A stretch of 64,000 bases of DNA. Origin: Parcubacteria group bacterium. GTDB lineage: Bacteria; Patescibacteriota; Minisyncoccia; UBA6257; JACRHW01. Positions 53,987 to 63,406 of the stretch are shown in pieces (within the stretch, counting starts at the first letter, position 1; each line of letters opens with the position of its first letter). The DNA is taken from assembly GCA_016217555.1 (NCBI GenBank), contig JACRHW010000023.1, forward strand, positions 64,466-128,465. The letters run 5' to 3'. A program made the translations under genes and the position numbers. The notes below the pieces were generated by a model. That model was given only the letters and a program-made list of their open reading frames with translations, ran no database searches and was not told where the DNA came from.

Positions 53987-56900
53987 ATGCGTTTTACCCA
54001 CCTTCATGTTCATAGCCATTATAGCCTTCTCGACGGACTTGCAAAGATAGATGGACTCATAAAAAAGGCAAAAGAATTTGGCATGGAAAGTATTGCACTC
54101 ACCGATCATGGCAACATGTATGGGGCAATTGAATTTTATAAAAAAGCAAAAGCGGCAGATATCAAACCCATCATCGGCGTTGAAGCATACATCGCAAACG
54201 GAAGTATGCACAGTAAGCAACCAGGGGTTGACGATAAACGCTATCATCTTACGCTCCTGGCAGAAAACGCTACAGGCTATAAAAATCTGGTTCGACTTGT
54301 AACAAAGGCAAACCTTGAGGGATTTTATTACAAACCACGCCTCGATAAGGCAACGCTCAAAGAATTTCACGAAGGTATCATTGCCTTATCGGGTTGTTTG
54401 GGTGGGGAAATTTCACGCGCCATTACAGGAAAACGCCTTGATGATGCAGAACGACTTATCTACGAATACCAAGACGTATTTGGAAAAGATAATTTTTATT
54501 TAGAGCTTGGTGTTCTCGTCGATCTCCCCGAACAAAAAATAGTAAATGATGCCCTATGCCTCCTCTCGAAAAAGACAGGAGCAAAAATTGTCGCAACGGG
54601 AGACATTCACTACATTCACAAAGATGATCGCGAGGCACAAGATATCCTCGTCTCCGTACAAACAGGAAGCCAGGTACAGGACGATAATCGCTTTACCATG
54701 AAAGACATGGATCTCTCCGTACGATCTCCCGAACAAATGACAGAGTTGTTCAAGGACCATCCCGAAGCAATCTCAAACACACAAGAAATTAGTGATCGCG
54801 TAAATATTGAGCTTGATCTTGGTAAGTGGACCTTCCCTGATTTTAAAATTCCAGAACAGGCTACCTATAATAATGAGCTCGAACGCCTCACCTATGAAGG
54901 TATTGAAAAACGAAAACTGGAACGCACTGAAGAGGTAGAAAAACGTATCGCCTACGAACTTGATGTTATCCAAACAAGGGGTTATTCACCCTACTTTCTT
55001 GTTGTTGCTGATCTTCTTCACTACGCACATGATCATGGGATACTCACCACGATTAGAGGTTCAGTCGCCGGATCACTCGTCACCTATCTTACAGGAATCA
55101 CTAACATCAATCCTCTAGAATATAAACTCCCCTTTGAGCGCTTCTTGAACAAAGAACGTCCGCAACCACCCGATATCGACATGGATTATGCTGACAACAG
55201 ACGCGATGAGGTAATCCACTATGCAAAGGAAAAATATGGAGAACACAATGTGGCGCAGATCGGTACCTTTGGAACCATGATGGCACGTGCCGCAGTACGC
55301 GATGTTGCGCGTGCGCTTGGATACCCCTATGCACTAGGTGATAAAATTGCAAAATTTATTCCCCTTGGATCTCAGGGCTTTCCTATGACTATTGAACAAG
55401 CTCTCACCCTCTCCCCCGAACTTCAAGAACTTCACGATAAGGACGAGGATGCAAAACGCGTTATCACCCAAGCAAAAAAACTTGAAGGGTGTGTACGTCA
55501 TATTTCTGTCCACGCGGCAGGAGTCGTTATCTCACCCAAACCTCTTTGGGAGTACACTCCACTCCAGCTCGATCCTAAGGGGGGGAAAATTATTACCCAA
55601 TATGACATGCACGCCGTCGAAGATGCTGGTCTTTTAAAATTTGATTTTCTTGGAATTCGAAACTTGGCAATTTTGGGAGATGCTATCCGTCTTGTGCAAC
55701 TCTATCGTGGAATTACAGTTGATATCCAAAACATTCCTCTTGATGATAAAAAAACATTTGAACTTCTCGCACATGGAGAAACAATGGGGCTCTTCCAACT
55801 TAATGGTTCTGGTATGACAAAATATCTCAAAGACCTCCGCCCCTCGACCATCCATGACATTAACGCAATGGTAGCCCTCTACCGCCCTGGCCCTATCGAA
55901 TCCATCCCGATGTATATAGAACGAAAACACAACCCACGCCTCGTCTCTTACCTCGATCCCCGCATGGAGGAAATTCTCGACCAATCTTACGGTGTTATCA
56001 CCTATCAGGATGACGTCATGCTTATCGCTATCAAACTTGCAGGCTATTCATGGCTCGAAGCAGATAAGCTAAGAAAAGCTATGGGTAAAAAAATCCCCAA
56101 AGAGATGGCGGCCCAAAAAGATAAGCTTATTAAGGGGTTGACCTCGCATGGCATGCCAGAGGAGAAGGCGCTTACCATTTGGCAACTCATCGAACCCTTT
56201 GCCGCGTATGGGTTTAACAAGGCCCACGCCGCAAGTTATGGATTTGTTGCCTATCAAACCGCCTATATGAAGGCAAACTATCCTGGAGAATATATGACCG
56301 CCGTGCTTACTGCTGAATCAGGAGACACCGAAGAAATTGCAAAAATTATTGCAGAGTGTATACGCATGAAAATCCCCGTCCTTCCTCCCGATATAAACGA
56401 AAGCATTGGCAACTTCGCTGTGATCAAAAACAAAGAGGGGGGAAATGACACTATTCGCTTTGGTCTCTCAGCGGTCAAAAACGTAGGAGCAAATATTATT
56501 GAAGCAATCGTTGAAGAGAGATCTGCACATGGCCCCTTTAAAAATGTCGAAGATGTCTTGCGACGTATCCACCACAAAGACCTCAATAAAAAATCACTTG
56601 AATCCCTTATCAAAGTAGGAGCATTCGATAATTTTGAAAAACGAAGTGTACTTCTTGAATCTCTCGATAACCTGCTCGCCTACGCCTCAGAAATGAAGAA
56701 AGAAAATAATAGCCCCCAAGCATCCCTCTTTTCATCCGACTATGTACCAAGGCTACGATTCAAAGATGCCCCGCCACTCCCTAAGGCACAAGAACTCGCC
56801 TATGAGAAAGAACTTCTTGGTCTCTATATCTCAGGACATCCCCTCGATATACACAAAGAACGTCTTGAAAAATCAAATTTCAAAACACTCCAAAGTGTTG

Positions 56901-57163
56901 AAGATGAAATAGAAGGTACCTCAGTAAAAAATGCCGGCATCGTCTCCACCATCAAAAAAATTCTAACGAAAAAAGGAGAAACGATGCTCTTTGTGGAAAT
57001 GGAAGACTATACCATGAAAAGAGAACTTATCGTCTTTCCTAAATTACTTGCAAAAACAAAGAACGTATGGCAAAAAGACAACATACTTATGTTTCTCGCA
57101 AAAGTTGACCGGAGAAATGGCGAATTAAAACTTCTCTGTGAAGACGCAAAACTAATGCTGTAG
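53987..57163 (+). CDS. dnaE: DNA polymerase III alpha
   Basis: PHP HLHVHSHYSLLDG, PDIDMD, KFDFLG, YGFNKAH. Confidence 0.98.
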   Translation: MRFTHLHVHSHYSLLDGLAKIDGLIKKAKEFGMESIALTDHGNMYGAIEFYKKAKAADIKPIIGVEAYIANGSMHSKQPGVDDKRYHLTLLAENATGYKNLVRLVTKANLEGFYYKPRLDKATLKEFHEGIIALSGCLGGEISRAITGKRLDDAERLIYEYQDVFGKDNFYLELGVLVDLPEQKIVNDALCLLSKKTGAKIVATGDIHYIHKDDREAQDILVSVQTGSQVQDDNRFTMKDMDLSVRSPEQMTELFKDHPEAISNTQEISDRVNIELDLGKWTFPDFKIPEQATYNNELERLTYEGIEKRKLERTEEVEKRIAYELDVIQTRGYSPYFLVVADLLHYAHDHGILTTIRGSVAGSLVTYLTGITNINPLEYKLPFERFLNKERPQPPDIDMDYADNRRDEVIHYAKEKYGEHNVAQIGTFGTMMARAAVRDVARALGYPYALGDKIAKFIPLGSQGFPMTIEQALTLSPELQELHDKDEDAKRVITQAKKLEGCVRHISVHAAGVVISPKPLWEYTPLQLDPKGGKIITQYDMHAVEDAGLLKFDFLGIRNLAILGDAIRLVQLYRGITVDIQNIPLDDKKTFELLAHGETMGLFQLNGSGMTKYLKDLRPSTIHDINAMVALYRPGPIESIPMYIERKHNPRLVSYLDPRMEEILDQSYGVITYQDDVMLIAIKLAGYSWLEADKLRKAMGKKIPKEMAAQKDKLIKGLTSHGMPEEKALTIWQLIEPFAAYGFNKAHAASYGFVAYQTAYMKANYPGEYMTAVLTAESGDTEEIAKIIAECIRMKIPVLPPDINESIGNFAVIKNKEGGNDTIRFGLSAVKNVGANIIEAIVEERSAHGPFKNVEDVLRRIHHKDLNKKSLESLIKVGAFDNFEKRSVLLESLDNLLAYASEMKKENNSPQASLFSSDYVPRLRFKDAPPLPKAQELAYEKELLGLYISGHPLDIHKERLEKSNFKTLQSVEDEIEGTSVKNAGIVSTIKKILTKKGETMLFVEMEDYTMKRELIVFPKLLAKTKNVWQKDNILMFLAKVDRRNGELKLLCEDAKLML

Positions 57164-57250
57164 CTTGTATTGTGTATCTCGTATCTTGTATTACCCTCGC
57201 GACGCCTTGTTCCGTAATACAAAATACAGGATACTAAATACCAGATACAA
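57164..57250. repeat. GATACNA-type heptamer hairpin (dnaE-thrS gap)
   Basis: TGTATTG TGTATCT CGTATCT TGTATTA ... TAATACA AAATACA GGATACT AAATACC AGATACA. Confidence 0.8.
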
Positions 57251-57262
57251 AAAACTTATACT

Positions 57263-59020
57263 ATGAAAACTAATACAGGAAAAGAAAAAAATATCGATAA
57301 CATACGACATTCGTTGGCTCATCTTCTTGCGGCCGCAGTACTCAAGAAATTTCCTGATGCAAAACTTGGTATTGGCCCAACCATAGAAAATGGCTTTTAT
57401 TACGACTTTCTTCTTCCTCAAGGGCTTACCCAGGAAGATCTCAAAGAATTTGAAAAAGAAATACGTAGAATGGCTCGTATGAATCTTGCTTTCAAAGGAG
57501 AAAAAGTAGAATCCGATGAGGCAAAAAAACGATTTAAAAAACAAACCTTCAAACTCGACCTTATTAAAGAATTTTCAAAAGAAGGAAAGCAACTCACTAT
57601 CTACCACACAGGAGATGCCTTTTCTGACCTCTGTCGCGGAGGCCATGTGAAAAATACTCGTGAGATTGATCCCGAAAGTTTTACTCTCACTAAAATCGCA
57701 GGCGCCTACTGGAGGGGTGATGCAAAAAGCCAACAACTCCAACGTGTTTATGGTCTTGCCTTCGAAACAAAAGCAGAACTCGATGCACACCTCCACATGC
57801 TTAGTGAGGCAGAACGTCGCGACCACAAAAAACTTGGACCCCAGCTTGATCTCTTTACCTTTTCAGATCTTGTAGGAAGCGGCCTCCCCCTCTTTACTCC
57901 ACGCGGTACTGTGATACGAGAAGAACTCGAAAACTTTGTACAATCACTCCAAGTCCCCATGGGCTACGATCGCGTACGCATCCCCCACATTACCAAAAAA
58001 GATCTTTATGAAACATCAGGGCATTGGCAGAAATTTAAAGACGAACTCTTTAAAGTGTCTTCGCGTGAGGGCCATGAGTTTGCCCTAAAACCAATGAACT
58101 GCCCACACCACACACAAATCTACGCCTCACGACAAAGAACATATAGAGAACTCCCTATCCGCTATTCAGAGGTCACGGCCGTCTATCGCGATGAACAATC
58201 AGGTGAACTCGGAGGCCTCTCACGTGTTCGCATGATTACACAAGACGATGCACATATCTTTTGCCGTATAAATCACATCGAAGAAGAGGCACTAAAAGTA
58301 TGGGACATTATTGATACCTTCTATAAACCATTTGGTATGCCACTTACCGTCCGCTTCTCACGTCATGATCCTAAGAAATTCGAAAAATACTTAGGGACCC
58401 CATCTATTTGGAAAAAGGCAGAGACACAGCTTAAAGCAGTTATTAAAAAACGAAATGTTGAATATATCGATGGCTTGGGTGAAGCCGCAATGTATGGCCC
58501 CAAAATAGACTTCATTGCAAAAGATTCTCTTGGTCGTGATTGGCAGCTTGCAACTATTCAATTAGATTTTAATCTTCCTGAACGATTCAATCTTTCTTGT
58601 ATAAATGAAAAAGGTAAAGACGAACGTATCGTAATGGTGCACCGTGCAGTCCTTGGCTCCGTGGAACGCTTCATGGCAGTTCTTATCGAACACTATGCCG
58701 GCGCCTTTCCCGTATGGCTCGCACCAGTACAAGTCGCCCTTCTCCCCATAAGCGAAAAACATGCAGAATATGTAAAAGATATTGCTACGAAACTAAGACA
58801 ACATGGCGTTCGTGTCTCTCTTGCGGATAGTAACGACACGCTTGGAAAACGCATCCGCGAAACTGAACAACAAAAAATCCCCTACCTGCTCGTGGTGGGA
58901 GATAAAGAAATCGAATCAAAATCCGTCGCAGTAAGAAAACACGGCAAGGGTGACGAAGGAGCACTCTCCCTCGACATCTTCACCACCCGCCTCCTCGAAG
59001 AAATCAAAGAAAAAAAATAA
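57263..59020 (+). CDS. thrS: threonine--tRNA ligase (no TGS domain)
   Basis: RHSLAH, DLCRGGH, KPMNCP, YGPKID. Confidence 0.98.
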   Translation: MKTNTGKEKNIDNIRHSLAHLLAAAVLKKFPDAKLGIGPTIENGFYYDFLLPQGLTQEDLKEFEKEIRRMARMNLAFKGEKVESDEAKKRFKKQTFKLDLIKEFSKEGKQLTIYHTGDAFSDLCRGGHVKNTREIDPESFTLTKIAGAYWRGDAKSQQLQRVYGLAFETKAELDAHLHMLSEAERRDHKKLGPQLDLFTFSDLVGSGLPLFTPRGTVIREELENFVQSLQVPMGYDRVRIPHITKKDLYETSGHWQKFKDELFKVSSREGHEFALKPMNCPHHTQIYASRQRTYRELPIRYSEVTAVYRDEQSGELGGLSRVRMITQDDAHIFCRINHIEEEALKVWDIIDTFYKPFGMPLTVRFSRHDPKKFEKYLGTPSIWKKAETQLKAVIKKRNVEYIDGLGEAAMYGPKIDFIAKDSLGRDWQLATIQLDFNLPERFNLSCINEKGKDERIVMVHRAVLGSVERFMAVLIEHYAGAFPVWLAPVQVALLPISEKHAEYVKDIATKLRQHGVRVSLADSNDTLGKRIRETEQQKIPYLLVVGDKEIESKSVAVRKHGKGDEGALSLDIFTTRLLEEIKEKK

Positions 59021-59025
59021 TATTT

Positions 59026-59392
59026 GTCATTCCCGCGATTTATGGTGAGCTTAGTCGAACTAAGGCGGGAATCTAGAATCGATATCTCCTATGAACTAAA
59101 AAACTCCGCGTGCACGGGGTTTCTTAGTAAGGCCCAAGTTCTCTATCAACAGTTACCCATTGAACAGTTTTTCCTTGCGGTCAAACCTTCGATTCTTGAA
59201 CCTTATTATTAACTTAATCCAACCTAAAAACCGAAGCAAGTGGAAAAACTGTGCATAGGTGCCAATTTTGTTTGCGCGATACGCAATTCAAAATTGAGCA
59301 TCCTGAGGCAACAGCCGAAGGATCCCACAGAACCAAGATAAGCGGGAATCCAGCTATCTCGTCATCCTGAAGCATCAGCTGAAGGATTTCTC
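59026..59392. repeat. second cluster of CGTC-type REP-like palindromes
   Basis: GTCATTCCCGCG..GCGGGAATC at 59026; CATCCTGA..GAAGGAT at about 59299 and 59363. Confidence 0.8.
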
Positions 59393-59510
59393 TCCTACGA
59401 CTAATTCCGAAATCAAGAAATTCCCGCGACGTGCTCGGAATAACCTATAAAAATTATAAAAGCCCTCATCTGGGGCTTTTAATTATTGAAAATTTTTAAA
59501 GGATTATCCT

Positions 59511-59732
59511 TTAAAAAAATGTTAAACCTAAAAGTGGATTCATTGAAAATTTACGTTCACGAACGCAACGCACCACCTCTATGATTTCAACAATCTCTAC
59601 GTATTTTCCATCAACCTCGAAAAACATACCTTCAAGCCCTTCAAGTGTTCTCCTTCGTTCAACCTGAATAAGCATGAGGAGTCCTGCGTTTCGACCATCC
59701 TTCTCTCTCGCAACAACAAGAAAACGCTTCAT
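59511..59732 (-). CDS. hypothetical protein
   Basis: Last gene of a 4-gene orphan operon; overlaps the upstream stop. Confidence 0.5.
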   Translation of the reverse strand: MKRFLVVAREKDGRNAGLLMLIQVERRRTLEGLEGMFFEVDGKYVEIVEIIEVVRCVRERKFSMNPLLGLTFF

Positions 59733-60007
59733 TCCTTACTCACTCCCTCCTCTTCCGATTCAAATTCACCAAGAAGTTGAAATGAGACAATTTGTACATA
59801 TACATACGTTCTCATGCCATCAGCCAATTCATCAGCGATGCCCCGTTCTACATCACGAAGATCTTTCTCTGTACTAATAAGATTGGCGACAGTAACGATT
59901 TTATTTGCAATCACAGAAAATGCACCGGATCCAGAATGTAACTCAACGCCCCTAGCATTTCCCCCCCCCCTAACCGCATATGCAACAAAATATCTATACC
60001 TCTTCAT
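59729..60007 (-). CDS. hypothetical protein
   Basis: GGAGG SD; contains a G10 tract. Confidence 0.6.
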   Translation of the reverse strand: MKRYRYFVAYAVRGGGNARGVELHSGSGAFSVIANKIVTVANLISTEKDLRDVERGIADELADGMRTYVYVQIVSFQLLGEFESEEEGVSKE

Positions 60008-60010
60008 TTC

Positions 60011-60463
60011 TTATCCTCCCTTCTTTTTGGAGTACTCGAGCGAGGATCCATTACGCATTCGCTTTTCCCAACGAGCAGAAACCAAAAGAAGTGACGTGGT
60101 ATATCCTTCTGAGGTAAACAAAAGTGTTAGATAGGTATCAGTAAAATCATTATCCTTATTACCATGATGTATCATCCGCGCCTCAAACGTTCCAGAAGTA
60201 GAATCTCCCGACGGCTCCAATGATTCTGGAATCTCCTTCAAATCCTGTGGACTAAGACGCTTCACAATCCCGCGCACGTCATTCACCACCATACCAATCT
60301 TAACAGCACTATAAACACCATACAGCGTATCCCTATTACCCTCATCCGCATAAACAGCTACCTTAGGACAAAAAGTTGAGAAAAATACAAAAACTAATAC
60401 ACAGAAGATAAGCCCAATAACACCACCGATTTGGATATTGGTTTCGATCGAAAATTGTTTCAT
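60011..60463 (-). CDS. hypothetical exported protein
   Basis: GGAGG SD; N-terminal TM. Confidence 0.6.
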   Translation of the reverse strand: MKQFSIETNIQIGGVIGLIFCVLVFVFFSTFCPKVAVYADEGNRDTLYGVYSAVKIGMVVNDVRGIVKRLSPQDLKEIPESLEPSGDSTSGTFEARMIHHGNKDNDFTDTYLTLLFTSEGYTTSLLLVSARWEKRMRNGSSLEYSKKKGG

Positions 60464-60772
60464 TTACCCTTCCTCCATCTTCCCTGATTCTAAAAGATGA
60501 TATTGAGCTTTTTGATAAATCATTTCTACCCATTCCTCATCACCAAGCTTCATAATTGCACTCAAGAAAAAAGTACCACTATACATAGTACACGTAAATT
60601 CGTTAACACCTTCTCCTAACGAAACAAAAACGGCTCGCTCGTCTCTACTAAGTGCTCGATTTATCTCTACAAGAACTGATATCTTCTCACTGTCCGGATC
60701 ACTACTACCCACGAACTTCACCACAATTGTGTTATCAATTTTTGGATGTATCTCCCAAAACTCTTTTTTCAT
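60464..60772 (-). CDS. hypothetical protein
   Basis: GGAGG SD; TTGACG-17-TAGTAT promoter. Confidence 0.6.
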   Translation of the reverse strand: MKKEFWEIHPKIDNTIVVKFVGSSDPDSEKISVLVEINRALSRDERAVFVSLGEGVNEFTCTMYSGTFFLSAIMKLGDEEWVEMIYQKAQYHLLESGKMEEG

Positions 60773-60844
60773 ATCACTTTTCCTCCCTTATTCTATTTTC
60801 GATGTACTAAGAAAAATACTACATGTTTTATGACAAAACGTCAA

Positions 60845-60918
60845 TCCCGTTAGAAGCAGTAACTATTGAGGTTTAACCTCAATAGTTACACTGCGTGCCC
60901 TCGCGGCTTCTAACGGGA
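60845..60918. mobile_element. CCCGTTAGA element, copy 4 (short, with nested palindrome)
   Basis: 13-bp TIR, TCAA direct repeats, inner GTAACTATTGAGGTT-T-AACCTCAATAGTTAC. Confidence 0.75.
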
Positions 60919-61004
60919 TCAACTTATCAGAAATCTGACGATCGTCAGAAATTTGATTTATTTAAAATATTCTGTTAAGGTAACCTAATTACTAATAACA
61001 AGCA

Positions 61005-61263
61005 TTGGGACGTACGCATTTGGATGTAGTTCAAGGAAAACCCGAGGAACGGAGAGAAGTCCGACTTCCCCAAAGTTGACGTCTGTTCGTTCGTAAGGAA
61101 GTCGGACTTCTAAAGATTGATTCGTCACGTTTTCACGTTCAATATAAAGAAGTTCAACTTCCGACAAACCACCGAACCTCAATATCTGGGAAGTTGAACT
61201 TCTCATATTGCGTTCTGTACCGGAGCGTTTGACGAAGGAATGGGCCGAATGCGTACGTCCCAA
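61005..61263 (+). repeat. RPE-like element, copy 4, expanded by two nested hairpins
   Basis: IR TTGGGACGTACGCATTTGG/CCGAATGCGTACGTCCCAA. Confidence 0.85.
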
Positions 61264-61275
61264 ACATAGCAAATT

Positions 61276-61866
61276 ATGAAACACGGAGAACTTACAGCCA
61301 ACATTTTAAAATGGATTGGCGAAGGCATTATTCTGCAAGTAGATCTCTTAGATGCCATACTCTCTTCTGGGTACGGATCATCGTTCTCAAAAATGCAGCG
61401 AAAAGTTGAGAAACTTCAAAGTGAGCGAGAACGTAAAAACGAGGAAAGAAGACAGCGCCACTCCTTTCAAAGCCTTCTTCATCACCTGAAAGAGGAGGGT
61501 TTTATCCGAATGAATGATAAGAAAAATAAAAAGAGTGGATTTTTCGTAACAGAAAAAGGAGGACGATATCTAAAAAAACTAGAAAAGAAAGTAGACCAAC
61601 AAATAGAAAAACGTGCATATATAAAAACTGAAGATGCTCAACTCAATATCATCCTCTTTGATATTCCAGAACCTGAAAGAAAAAAACGGGAATGGTTGCG
61701 TCAGGAACTTAATTATCTAGGCTTCACCATGCTTCAAAGAAGTGTCTGGGCGGGAAAGATAAAAATTCCAAAGGAAATGCTTGAAGACTTAGCACACTAC
61801 AAACTTCTCCCCTACATAGAAATTATAGCAGTTACAAAAACAGGTACTCTCAAAAAGGTTATTTAA
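61276..61866 (+). CDS. PaaX-like protein (wHTH plus Cas2-like C-domain)
   Basis: LKEEGFI...VTEKG wHTH; FDIPE..RKKREWLR..L..LGFTMLQRSVW. Confidence 0.8.
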   Translation: MKHGELTANILKWIGEGIILQVDLLDAILSSGYGSSFSKMQRKVEKLQSERERKNEERRQRHSFQSLLHHLKEEGFIRMNDKKNKKSGFFVTEKGGRYLKKLEKKVDQQIEKRAYIKTEDAQLNIILFDIPEPERKKREWLRQELNYLGFTMLQRSVWAGKIKIPKEMLEDLAHYKLLPYIEIIAVTKTGTLKKVI

Positions 61867-61867
61867 T

Positions 61868-62039
61868 TCTTGATCGACGGACCACGAAATCTATGTTCCG
61901 AACCATTCCGCAGGCGCGGAGCTGGGTGTTGTCAATCCTGAATCACAATGAATTGGATTGACAACGGAGCGCCTGCGGATAAGTGAGCCATCCGCTGGAG
62001 TGGCGAACGAGTGAGAAATATATATTTCGTGGTTCAAGA
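61868..62039 (+). repeat. CCGCAGG...CCTGCGG element, copy 2
   Basis: Homologous to 29909-30079; fills the paaX-like/miaA gap. Confidence 0.9.
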
Positions 62040-62042
62040 TAT

Positions 62043-62891
62043 ATGAAACAAAAGATTGTTGTTATTCTTGGGCCCACCGCTTCTGGAAAATCAGACTACG
62101 CCGTCCAAATTGCCAAACAAATAGATGGTGAGATTATTTCTGCTGATTCGCGCCAGGTGTATCGTGGTATGAATATTGGAAGTGGTAAGATTACTGAAAA
62201 AGAAATGGGTAGAATTCCCCACCACCTTCTTGATATAGCATCTCCTAAAAGACAATTTACTGTGGTGAAATACCAAAAGCTTGCAACCAAAGCAATAAAA
62301 GATATTGTAAGGCGTGGAAAAGTTCCTATTCTCTGTGGTGGTACAGGCCTCTATATTGATGCAGTGCTCGAAGGTTGGGAGTTCCCAAAAACACCTATTA
62401 ATAAAACTCTGCGTAAAAATCTGGAGAAAAAAACAACCGAAGAATTATTTGATGAGCTTAAAAAACATGATCCAGAATTTTCGAAAACAATAGATCGTAA
62501 TAACAGAAGAAGGCTTATTCGTGCACTCGAAATCATTACTACAACGAACGAACCCATAACACCACTTAAAAAACATCCGCTTTCCTACACCATTGAATAT
62601 ATCGGCCTCTTCCCTGGATGGGAGGTATTGCAAGAAAAAATTAAAAAACGACTTGAGGAACGCCTAGACCAAGAAATGATTGAAGAAGTACAACATCTCC
62701 ACGAAAAAGAAAAACTTTCATGGAAATGCCTTGAATCATTTGGGTTGGAATATAAACACATCGCTCTCTACCTTCAAGAAAAATGCACTTATGAAGAAAT
62801 GAAACAATCCCTCGAAAAGGCCATTAATCACTACGCGAAACGCCAAATGACATGGTTTAGGCGAAATTCACAAATTACTTGGCATCCATAA
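62043..62891 (+). CDS. miaA: tRNA dimethylallyltransferase
   Basis: GPTASGKS, SADSRQVY, GGTGLY, YAKRQMTWF. Confidence 0.97.
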   Translation: MKQKIVVILGPTASGKSDYAVQIAKQIDGEIISADSRQVYRGMNIGSGKITEKEMGRIPHHLLDIASPKRQFTVVKYQKLATKAIKDIVRRGKVPILCGGTGLYIDAVLEGWEFPKTPINKTLRKNLEKKTTEELFDELKKHDPEFSKTIDRNNRRRLIRALEIITTTNEPITPLKKHPLSYTIEYIGLFPGWEVLQEKIKKRLEERLDQEMIEEVQHLHEKEKLSWKCLESFGLEYKHIALYLQEKCTYEEMKQSLEKAINHYAKRQMTWFRRNSQITWHP

Positions 62892-62948
62892 TTTCTTCAC
62901 CAAACTTTTATCTAGGTATTTCTTCTTTCTCATTTTTAAATATAATAA

Positions 62949-63360
62949 TTAATTTAAAGACTGCAGATCTAACTCTTTCTTACCAATTTCACGCCCCAAC
63001 TCCTCTTCTTTTTTACGCAATTCTTGAATCCTCCCTGCGAGAGTCGTTGCTTTGTTGAATTTCATTGTCTCGTCTATGGTCTCCTTACGATCTAAATTAT
63101 ACTCACGCGGCACAGAGGATTGGACATCTGCTAATTCTTTTTGTTTTTTTGAAAGTTCCCCTTGTATATTTACAAGCTGTCTCTTGAAACCATTTAGTTC
63201 CTCCTCAATCTGCAACCGTAGATTTCTTCTTTGTTCCACTCTCATTTTTTTATGTGCATCTACATCTAGTGGGTTGGGTAATTCACCATTTTTCTTCGCC
63301 TTAAACAAACGTTCCTTAACCCCCCCCCTCATATTCTTTTGAAAATGATTCAAATGGCAT
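62949..63360 (-). CDS. coiled-coil hypothetical protein, possibly frameshifted at a G9 tract
   Basis: ATG at 63360 (MPFESFSKEYEGG) joins the main ORF only with G8. Confidence 0.5.
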
Positions 63361-63406
63361 ATATACTATATCTCTTTATTGCGACCTTTTTATAAATTCT
63401 AATGGT

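Noticed and set aside
59511-60772. Prophage
   Set aside because: Only four small orphans are present, with no structural, terminase or integrase genes.
61276-61866. CRISPR-Cas locus (Cas2-like domain)
   Set aside because: There is no repeat-spacer array and no cas1 or effector gene. The N-terminal wHTH fits the PaaX-like family.
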